A stretch of 64,000 bases of DNA, taken from positions 7,699 through 71,698 of the forward strand of contig JAEUHT010000166.1 of the NCBI GenBank assembly GCA_016793265.1, written 5' to 3'. The position numbers were made by a program, and so were the translations under genes. The stretch is from Planctomycetota bacterium (GTDB taxonomy: Bacteria > Planctomycetota > UBA1135 > UBA2386). The notes beneath the pieces were generated by a model. The model searched no databases, had not been told where the DNA came from, and saw only the letters and a list, made by a program, of their open reading frames with translations. This document shows positions 26,261-34,089 of this stretch, piece by piece; positions within the stretch are counted from its first letter, which is position 1, and the number at the start of each line of letters is the position of its first letter.

Positions 26261-27568
26261 ATGAAGTACCTGCGCCTCCTCCCTGCCCTCTTGCTCGCCG
26301 CCTGCGCCACCCAGTCCGTGCTGCAGGAGAGTGACCACTTCCTGGCCTTGGCCGACTACGAGAACGCTTGGCGCGTGCTGGACAGGGCCGCGACCGACCA
26401 GGCGAATGGTGGCGGCAGCGTGAGTCCCGAGCTCGAGCAGGAGCGGCAGCGGGTGCTGCGGCTGATGCTGCGCGACCGCGCCCGCCGCGAGATCTTCGCC
26501 GAGCGTGAAGACGACGCCCTGGCGACGCTCGCCCGCCTCACCGCCATCGAGCCGGACTACCCGGGGGCCGATGACCTGCGCGACTGGGCGACCTGGAAGA
26601 AGGCCCGTCGCATCGCCCAGCGCGGCGACGAATTCCTCGCCCGCAAGGACCTCAACGGGGCGATGGAGCAGTACATGCAGGCGGAGAAGCTGTGCCCCGG
26701 CCTCGAAGAGACCCAGGCCGGCCTCGAAGCGGTCAAGGTGCGCATGAAGGCGATGTCGACGCGCGCCCAGCAGCAGTTCCTCGAGGCGCTGCGCAAGATG
26801 CCGGAGTTCCGCTACGTGGAGGTGATGTGGCACACCGGCAACGTGATCGCCAATTCACCCAGTAGTGATGAAGCGGTGGGCCTGCAGCAGAAGGCGCGCC
26901 GGCAGAGCGCGCTGAAGGCCGTCGAACGCGCGCGCGCCTGCACCAAGCAGGACCAGTACGGCGCCGCGCTGATCGAGTATCGCGAGGCGATGCGCTACGA
27001 CCCCGACATCGGCGTCGAGCAGGAGATGCAGCAGGTCGAGCAGGAGCTCGCCGTGCTGGCGACGCTCGACAAGGCGCAGAAGGAGATGCGCAGCGGCCGT
27101 TATGCCGAGGCGCGCGAGATGCTGCAGGGCGCCTTCGAGAAGTCGGTGATGGCGCGCGGCCACGTCAGCGAGGCGATGGTGCTGCTGCGCAAGCTCGAAG
27201 GGGAAGCGAAGTACCACGTCGCCCACGACCTCGAGCTGGTCGGTGACAAGGCCGCGGCGCTGGCGGCCTACGAGGTGCTCCACAAGGACTGGCCCGAAGG
27301 GGTCAAGGACGAGGCGGCGCGCGTCGACGCGCTGCGCATCGACATCGAAGGTGCGACCAAGGAGTGGCAGGCGGCCGAACAGGCCGAGGCCGAAGGCAAC
27401 CTGCCCGCGGCGCTCGAGCACTACCAGAGCGTGGAGACGTGGTACCCGGGCTGGCAGGACGTGCGCGCGCGCATCGAGCGCCTGAAGGCGGCGACGGCGC
27501 AGCCGGCTGGTGAGCAAGCTCCCGCCGGCGCAGCCGCTGGTGGTGAGGCGCCGGCGAACGGCGGCTGA
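26261..27568 (+). CDS. TPR-like helical-repeat lipoprotein
   Basis: ATG at 26261, MKYLRLLPALLLAACATQ with a lipobox. Repeated A..Y..A helical-hairpin pattern (YENAWRVL, DLNGAMEQYMQAEKL, QYGAALIEYREAMRY, NLPAALEHYQSV). Confidence 0.75.
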   Translation: MKYLRLLPALLLAACATQSVLQESDHFLALADYENAWRVLDRAATDQANGGGSVSPELEQERQRVLRLMLRDRARREIFAEREDDALATLARLTAIEPDYPGADDLRDWATWKKARRIAQRGDEFLARKDLNGAMEQYMQAEKLCPGLEETQAGLEAVKVRMKAMSTRAQQQFLEALRKMPEFRYVEVMWHTGNVIANSPSSDEAVGLQQKARRQSALKAVERARACTKQDQYGAALIEYREAMRYDPDIGVEQEMQQVEQELAVLATLDKAQKEMRSGRYAEAREMLQGAFEKSVMARGHVSEAMVLLRKLEGEAKYHVAHDLELVGDKAAALAAYEVLHKDWPEGVKDEAARVDALRIDIEGATKEWQAAEQAEAEGNLPAALEHYQSVETWYPGWQDVRARIERLKAATAQPAGEQAPAGAAAGGEAPANGG

Positions 27569-27670
27569 GCGGGGTCGTGCCCGGCTGCAGGGGGACAGGG
27601 TGACTGCCGCGTGGCGGTTGCGGCCGTTCCGCCGCAGCGCCCGCCAGCGTGCCGCTGCATAATCCCGCCG

Positions 27671-29530
27671 GTGCGTTCGATCTCGCTGGCAAGCCGGTTC
27701 CTGGTGACCCTCGTGGTCTCGGCCGTGCTGCCGCTCCTGCTCTACGGCTGGTTCTCGCTGCGCGGCATGCGCGAGCAGATCGACGAGCAGGTGTTTCGCG
27801 TCTTCCTGCCGCAGCTCGCGGCGGATCACGCGCAGAAGATCGAGGCGCAGCTCGAACGTGCCGACCAGGCCTGTGCGATCGTGCGGGAGATCGCGCGGCG
27901 CGCGCTGCAGGACGAGACGCCGGCGGAGCTCCTTGCCTTCGAGGAGCAGGTCGAACTGGTGCCGGACCTGCTCGACAACTGCCTCGACCTGCTGCTGCTC
28001 GCCGACGCCGATGGCCGCGTCGTCTACTGGCAGGACGGCCAGCGGCTCGACCCGGACACCCACGGCCGCCGCGCGGCGATGATCCCGCCCTCGGTCGCCG
28101 ACCAGGTGTGGTTCCGCGAAGCGCAGCAGAAGCGCGGCGCGCAGTTCCTGCCGTGGGGGCGTTCGCCATTGCTGTTCCACGACGGCAGCTATCGCTCGAT
28201 GGACCCCGGGTGCCACCACCTCGGCCTCGCGCTCGACGTGCCGAAGCCGGACGGGGCGCCGGGTGTGCTGTTCGCGCTGTTGCGGTGGTCGGAGGTGCAG
28301 CTCGTGCTCGACCGCGCCCGCGAGGTGCTCGTCGATCGTGCGGCCTTGCCGTCGGCGCGCGTGTTCCTCGTCGATCGCACCGGCACCATCGTCGCCCACA
28401 CCAACCGCGCGCGCTACGGCACCTCGCTCGGCCCGTCGCCGCTGGCATCGCAGCTCGTCACCGCCGACCACATGCAGCGCTTCGCCTACGTCGACGCCGA
28501 TGGGCGGGCGTGGCGCATCGGCTGCGCCCCGTGCGGCTCCGGCGCGGCCCGCTCCTTCGTGGTCGGGGTCGCCGTGCCGGAAGCGGAGCTGTTCGCCGCC
28601 AGCGACGCCTTCGAACGCGTGCTGCTGGTCGCCATCGTGGTGTCGATCCTGGTGCTGATGGTGTGGTCGTTGGTGGCGTCGCGCGCGATCACGGCGCCGG
28701 TCAAGGCGCTGGTCGCGGCGACGCGCCGCATCGCCGCCGGCGACCTCGCGGTGTCGGTGCCCGCGCGCGGCGGTCCGGAGCTCAGCGAGCTGGCCGGCTC
28801 CTTCAACCAGATGGCCTTCGAGCTCGTGCTCGGTCGGCAGAAGCTCGCCCACGCCGAACGGGATCAGGCCTGGGCGGAGATGGCGCGCCAGGTCGCGCAC
28901 GAGGTCAAGAACCCGCTGCAGCCGATGCGCATGGCCGCCCAGTTGCTGCAGCGTGCGCGCGCCGAAGGTGACGAACGCGCCGAGCTGGTCGCCGATCGCC
29001 TCGCCCGCACCGTGCTCGAGCAGACCGACGCGCTCGATCGTATCGCCAGCGACTTCCGCGCCTTCGCCGGCGTGGCGCCGCAGCAACAGGTGCCGGTGGT
29101 GGTCGACGACTGGCTGGCCGAGGTGCGCGGGCAGGGTGCTGGCCTGTTCGCCGGCAAGCCGGTGGTGGTGAACACGGCGCCGGGGGCACCGGGGGCGCGC
29201 TTCGTCATCGACCAGAAGGCGATGGCGCGCGTGCTGCTCAACCTGCTGCAGAACGCCCATGAAGCGGCGCCGGCCGGGGTCGTGGTCGCGCTGGCCACGG
29301 CGCAGGCCGGCGACCGCATCGAGATCCGCGTCACCGACGACGGCCCCGGCGTGCCGGACGCCGTGCGCGGCCGCCTGTTCGAGCCCTACTTCACCACCAA
29401 GTCGTCGGGCACCGGCCTCGGCCTCGCCATCTGCCGCCGCCTGGTCGAGGCGCACGGCGGCCACATCCGCCTCGACAGCTCGGTGCCCGGCCACACGGTG
29501 TTCGTGCTCGACCTGCCCGCCGCCCGCTGA
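27671..29530 (+). CDS. Sensor histidine kinase (periplasmic sensor domain, HAMP, HisKA, HATPase_c)
   Basis: Two TM segments flank a ~270-aa loop. HAMP ITAPVKALVAATRRIAAGDL, H-box VAHEVKNPL, N-box LLNLLQNAHEA, G-boxes DDGPGV and GTGLGLAI. GTG start assumed at 27671. Confidence 0.85.
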   Translation: MRSISLASRFLVTLVVSAVLPLLLYGWFSLRGMREQIDEQVFRVFLPQLAADHAQKIEAQLERADQACAIVREIARRALQDETPAELLAFEEQVELVPDLLDNCLDLLLLADADGRVVYWQDGQRLDPDTHGRRAAMIPPSVADQVWFREAQQKRGAQFLPWGRSPLLFHDGSYRSMDPGCHHLGLALDVPKPDGAPGVLFALLRWSEVQLVLDRAREVLVDRAALPSARVFLVDRTGTIVAHTNRARYGTSLGPSPLASQLVTADHMQRFAYVDADGRAWRIGCAPCGSGAARSFVVGVAVPEAELFAASDAFERVLLVAIVVSILVLMVWSLVASRAITAPVKALVAATRRIAAGDLAVSVPARGGPELSELAGSFNQMAFELVLGRQKLAHAERDQAWAEMARQVAHEVKNPLQPMRMAAQLLQRARAEGDERAELVADRLARTVLEQTDALDRIASDFRAFAGVAPQQQVPVVVDDWLAEVRGQGAGLFAGKPVVVNTAPGAPGARFVIDQKAMARVLLNLLQNAHEAAPAGVVVALATAQAGDRIEIRVTDDGPGVPDAVRGRLFEPYFTTKSSGTGLGLAICRRLVEAHGGHIRLDSSVPGHTVFVLDLPAAR

Positions 29531-29627
29531 ACGATTCGCCTCGCGCACCGCCGCCGGCGACAATGCGGCGTCCCCGCCGGGCCACGTGCCGCCAATGCAC
29601 GGCCGCGCCCCCGGCCGGCGTCCCTTC

Positions 29628-32600
29628 ATGCAGAATCGCCCCATCGTCGTGCTCGCCACCGTGCTGTTGGCGGCGTTGCTCGTGCTCGGCATGCTCTTCC
29701 TGCGCGGCGATACCGCCCCGCCGGCACCGCCCACCGCCGGCGGCTCCGCCACCGCCTCCCCGGCCGATGCGGAGCGCGGCGAGCTCGGCGGCGCCGGCGC
29801 CGCGACCGCTGCTCCGGGCGAGACCACGAGGCGTGAAGTGCTCGCCGGCGGCGGCCCACCGACCGGCGTGCGCGGCGTCGTCGTCGACGCCAAGACCGGC
29901 CGGCCGCTCGGCGGCGTCGAGGTCGTCGCCATCAAGGACGCGCCGTCGATCGAGCCGCTGGTGGCGCGCTTCCGCGGCCTGTTCACCGATGGCATGTTCG
30001 CGTCGACGCGCGCGCCGCGTCGCGAACTCGGCCGCACCGTCAGCAACGCCGACGGCAGCTTCGAGCTGCTCGGCCTGTTGCCGGGCCGCGTCTTCCTCGA
30101 CGCCCGCAGCGACGGCTGGTTCGTGCGCACGCCCGGCACGGCGCGGCTGGCCGGCGGCCAGATCCAGGAAGGCATCGAGCTGCGGGCGGTCGCCGGCGGC
30201 CGCGTGCGCGGCATCGTGCTCGGCGCCGACGGCGGCCCGGCCAAGGGCGCCCGCGTCAGCCTGCGGCCTGGCCTCAACGCGTTCTTCGGCCAGATCACCG
30301 AACGGCAGTACCGCTGGCTCGAGACCGAGACCGACGCCGATGGCCGCTTCGACCTGCCCGGCGTGCCGGCCGGCCTCGGCTACACGGTGGCGGCGAGCTC
30401 GTCGCAGTTCGCGCTCGAAGAGCAACACGGTGTCGACGTGCTCGTCGGCCAGGTCCGTGAGGTCGCGCTGCGCGGCCACGCCGGGGCTACGATCGAAGGC
30501 CAGGTGCTCGATGAGCAGGGAGCGCCGGTCGCGGCAGCGCAGGTGGCGATGGTCTACCTCGACATCAGCCGCGTGTTGTTCTCGGCCGACGGCCGCGACG
30601 AGCCGATCGTCAGCGATGCCAAGGGCCACTTCCGCATCGAACACGTCGCCGCCGGCCGGGTCGCCTTCGTGGCCGTCGCCGACCAGCAGGCGCCGAGCAA
30701 CATCGCCGAGCTCGCCGTCGTCGACGGCGGCGTCTACCCGGACCTCGTGCTGCAGCTCGGCATCGGCGCGACGGTGCGCGGTCGCGTCGTCGACGACCAG
30801 CAGCAGCCGGTGGCCGGCGTCGCCGTCGAGCTGCGCCCGTTCGAGCGGCCGAACGACCCGCAGTTCCTGAAGATGATGCTGAAGGTGCGGCGCGTCGACG
30901 CCGTCACCGACGGCGCCGGGGAATTCGTGGCCAGGGGCCTCACCGGCGAACGGCTGTTCGTGCAGGCCAGCAAGGCCGGCTACACGACCACGGTCAAGAC
31001 CGGCGTCAAGCTCGACGAACCCGTGCTGATCGAGATCGAGCGCGGTGTCACCGTGCGCGGCAAGGTGCTCGCCGGGGACCAGCCGCTGCCGCGCTTCCGG
31101 GTCGATACACGCAGCCGCGACATCCCCAAACCCGGTGACGCCAGCGCGCGTCGCGATCGCGACGGGGGGCGCGACGACGACGGCCCCGGTGGCGGTCCAC
31201 CGTGGCTGCGGCGTGGTCAGCGCGAGCAGACGCGTCAGCTCGCCGAAGGCCAGACCATGATGGACCGCGGCCTCGCCGGCCTCGACGGCAACTGGCAGGA
31301 GATCCAGTCCGCCGACGGCAGCTTCGAGCTGCACGGCGTGCCGCCGGGCCGCGTCCGGGTGCGGGTTCGCGCCGACGGCTACCTCGACGCCGCCAGCCAG
31401 GAAGTGGACCTCGCGCCGGCAGCGACGAGCGAGCTGCTGACCTTCGTGATGGCGCCCGGGCTGCAGGTCAGCGGCACCGTCGTCGACGACGCCGGCGCCC
31501 CGGTCAGTGACGCGCAGGTCACCGCCTATCGCCAGGACGACACGCGCCGGCGCGGCCCGTTCAACTTCCAGATCGACCCCGAGGACTTCGACTTCCTGGC
31601 GCTGTCCTCGTCGGTCAACCACCGCAGCGCGATCACCGACAGCGCGGGCCGCTTCGTGGTGCAGGCGCTCGAACCGGGCAAGTTCCGCTTCACGGCGCGC
31701 CACCCGGACCTCGCCAAGTCGTCGACCAAGGACGTCGAGCTCGTCGCCGGCAAGCCGACGCCCCTGGTGGAGATCGTGCTCGACGCGGGCGGCGGCGTCG
31801 AAGGCGACGTCACCGGGCTCGGCGGCCGTCCGCTCGCCGACGCGCTGATCGTGGCCTTCAGCATCTCGGCCGGTTCGGTGCGCAGCTCGACGACCGACAA
31901 GCGCGGCTACTACCGCATCGACGGGCTGTCGCCGGGCCAGTTCATGGTCTTCAAGTCGCGCCTCGACGAACGCGCCGACAACATCCCGCTCGAACTGCTC
32001 AGCAACATGCGGCTCAAGGCGGTGACCGTTCGCCAGGGCAAGTTCACGCGCGTCGACGTACACGACGACAGCGAGGACGGGGTGCACGTCTTCGGCGTCG
32101 TGCGCGAAGGCGGCAAGCCGGTGCCGCGCGCGCTGGTCTCGCTGCTCGGCAGCGACCGCGACGGTCTGCTCGGCATGGGCGTTCGCGCCGCCGCCGCCGA
32201 CCTCACCGGTCGTTATGACCTGCCCGGCATCAAGCCCGGCAATTATGTGATGCAGGTGACGCGCTTCCTCGGTCAGCCGGTGCAGACGACCTTCGAGGTC
32301 GAGATCGGCGAGCAGCTGCGCGAGTTCGTCTATGACATCGACCTGCCGACGGCGAGCATCCACGGCGTCGTCATCGATTCGCGGGGCAACGCGGTCGCCG
32401 GCATGCAGGTGACGCTCGGCAGCAGCGGCGGGGCGCTGGCCGGTGCCGACGGACTGCTCGGGCTGATCGCCCAGAACGGGCTCAGCCAGGCGCGCAGCAA
32501 CGACAAGGGGGAGTTCACGATGCGCTCGGTCTCGCCGGGCACCTACAAGCTGACGGCGGGCAGCGCGTTCGGCCCGCCGCGGCGCGGCGGTGGCGAATCG

Positions 32601-33317
32601 CAGCAGCGCTACGGCGAAGCCTGCCTCGACGGCGTGGTGGTGGCGCCGGCCGCCGACGTCACCGGCATCGTCATCACGGTGCCGCTGGCGGGGCGCATCA
32701 CGGGCGTCGTGCTCGACGGATCGGGCGCGCCGGTGGTCGGCTCGGAGATCACCTACGTCGAGACCTCGGCGAAGCGGCGCAGCAAGGCCGGCAACCCATT
32801 GCTCGACCTGCTCGGGTCACAGCGGCGGCCGGTGCGCAGCGGCAGCGACGGTCGCTTCGAGATCCCGGGCCTGACGCCGGGCGTCTACGACCTGCGGGTC
32901 GAAGGTGAGGCGCTGCAGGCCGGCCGCGTCGACGACGTCACGGTCACCGAGGACGGCACCAGTGACGTGACGCTGCGCGTGGTGCGCGGTGCGACGCTGC
33001 GCGTGCGCGCGACCAACGTCGACCGGAAGCAGCTGCCGATCGGCACGATCACGCTCGTCGACAGCCGCGGCAAGCCGGTCGTCAATCGCATGTCGACGCT
33101 CTCGGTGATGAAGCGGCTGATGGGCAATCGTGAGGAGGTCGACGATTCGGGGTGGTACACGTTCGGCAGTGTGCCGCCGGATACCTACACGGCGATCTTG
33201 ACGGAGCCGGGCAAGGAAGAGCTGCGGGTGACGCGCACGATCGCCGATGGGGAGTTGGTGGAGTGGGATATCGACGTGGCGGTGGAGCTGGCCGGGCGCG
33301 AGAAGAGCAAGCAGTGA
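29628..33317 (+). CDS. Giant membrane-anchored protein made of about 10 carboxypeptidase-regulatory-like (CarboxypepD_reg) domains
   Basis: ATG at 29628, N-terminal TM IVVLATVLLAALLVLGMLFL. The pattern G.V.D..G.P..GA.V......T.DG.F.L.GL.PG.Y is reiterated along 1229 aa. Confidence 0.85.
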   Translation: MQNRPIVVLATVLLAALLVLGMLFLRGDTAPPAPPTAGGSATASPADAERGELGGAGAATAAPGETTRREVLAGGGPPTGVRGVVVDAKTGRPLGGVEVVAIKDAPSIEPLVARFRGLFTDGMFASTRAPRRELGRTVSNADGSFELLGLLPGRVFLDARSDGWFVRTPGTARLAGGQIQEGIELRAVAGGRVRGIVLGADGGPAKGARVSLRPGLNAFFGQITERQYRWLETETDADGRFDLPGVPAGLGYTVAASSSQFALEEQHGVDVLVGQVREVALRGHAGATIEGQVLDEQGAPVAAAQVAMVYLDISRVLFSADGRDEPIVSDAKGHFRIEHVAAGRVAFVAVADQQAPSNIAELAVVDGGVYPDLVLQLGIGATVRGRVVDDQQQPVAGVAVELRPFERPNDPQFLKMMLKVRRVDAVTDGAGEFVARGLTGERLFVQASKAGYTTTVKTGVKLDEPVLIEIERGVTVRGKVLAGDQPLPRFRVDTRSRDIPKPGDASARRDRDGGRDDDGPGGGPPWLRRGQREQTRQLAEGQTMMDRGLAGLDGNWQEIQSADGSFELHGVPPGRVRVRVRADGYLDAASQEVDLAPAATSELLTFVMAPGLQVSGTVVDDAGAPVSDAQVTAYRQDDTRRRGPFNFQIDPEDFDFLALSSSVNHRSAITDSAGRFVVQALEPGKFRFTARHPDLAKSSTKDVELVAGKPTPLVEIVLDAGGGVEGDVTGLGGRPLADALIVAFSISAGSVRSSTTDKRGYYRIDGLSPGQFMVFKSRLDERADNIPLELLSNMRLKAVTVRQGKFTRVDVHDDSEDGVHVFGVVREGGKPVPRALVSLLGSDRDGLLGMGVRAAAADLTGRYDLPGIKPGNYVMQVTRFLGQPVQTTFEVEIGEQLREFVYDIDLPTASIHGVVIDSRGNAVAGMQVTLGSSGGALAGADGLLGLIAQNGLSQARSNDKGEFTMRSVSPGTYKLTAGSAFGPPRRGGGESQQRYGEACLDGVVVAPAADVTGIVITVPLAGRITGVVLDGSGAPVVGSEITYVETSAKRRSKAGNPLLDLLGSQRRPVRSGSDGRFEIPGLTPGVYDLRVEGEALQAGRVDDVTVTEDGTSDVTLRVVRGATLRVRATNVDRKQLPIGTITLVDSRGKPVVNRMSTLSVMKRLMGNREEVDDSGWYTFGSVPPDTYTAILTEPGKEELRVTRTIADGELVEWDIDVAVELAGREKSKQ

Positions 33318-33318
33318 C

Positions 33319-33364
33319 GGGCGGGCGGGGCTGGGCCCTCGGGGTGGGCGGGGGCTGGGGCGGG
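33319..33364 (+). other. Dense G-run cluster (potential tandem G-quadruplex motif)
   Basis: Nine runs of 3 or more G within 46 nt, starting 2 nt after the TGA at 33315-33317: GGGCGGGCGGGGCTGGGCCCTCGGGGTGGGCGGGGGCTGGGGCGGG. Confidence 0.5.
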
Positions 33365-34089
33365 TCAGGCTCGGTTGCGGTTTGTTGGGGTCGCTGGACT
33401 CCGCAGTTCGGAGCCCGGAGCGCTCGGATCTTGTCCCTTGGGCCCCTGCCGCAACTCGTCGGCCACGATAAGGTAGGGTCCGGAAACGCTGGATCTCGTC
33501 GATCCGGTTGGGGTCGAAGGCAGGAGCGCGCCGCGAGTGAGGGCAAGCCATGAACCCCAACACGCAGAAGGCAGAAGGCAGAAGGCCAGTTGCGCCCCGC
33601 GCTGACGTGAGAGCATACGCGCATGAGTAGGAACCGCACCGCCGGCAAGGCGCCAGCCTGGGAGCTGTGGGCGCCGCTCGCTGCCGTCATCTGCGCCTTG
33701 ACGTGGCTACTGCTTCGTGGATGCGAGCCTGAAGCGAGCGAATCGTCAGGTGCCCGGCGCAGCACGAGGTGCAGGGTGCATTGTTGGGTAAGCGGAACAC
33801 CCGGTCTGGAGGCGACGGCAGATCGTGAAACTGCCGGAGGTGCTAAGCCACAGTGGAATGTGCCGCGCCGGTGGCGCCTCGTGCCAACGAGTGCTTGCCG
33901 GATCGAGTGGTCCGGGGCCGTTGCCTATGCTCCGCCCCGCCTGGCGATCCCGTCGTTCGCCTTCCTTGGCAGCAGAACAGCCTCGCTGGGCGTCGCGGGC
34001 CGTTCGACGCCTCGCTCCCACCCGTAGTCTGACCTCGGCCAACTGGTCTCGTAGCGTCGCCGGGTCCGCTGCTCAACGGCCCCCGCCAC

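Noticed and set aside
26855-32363. Long minus-strand ORFs 26855..30298 (1147 aa) and 29391..32363 (990 aa)
   Set aside because: Both are shadow ORFs opposite the TPR lipoprotein, the sensor kinase and the CarboxypepD_reg genes. They have low-complexity composition and no family motifs.
33318-34089. Known housekeeping ncRNA (RNase P RNA, tmRNA, SRP/4.5S RNA) in the long gap
   Set aside because: By eye I find none of the conserved blocks on either strand. That covers GGAAAGUCCGG and ACAGAACCCGGCUUA for RNase P, a tRNA-like CCA-ended 3' domain for tmRNA, and GGUCCGGAAGGAAGCAGC for SRP. GGGTCCGGAAACG at about 33477 is only a weak partial resemblance. A covariance-model search is still needed.
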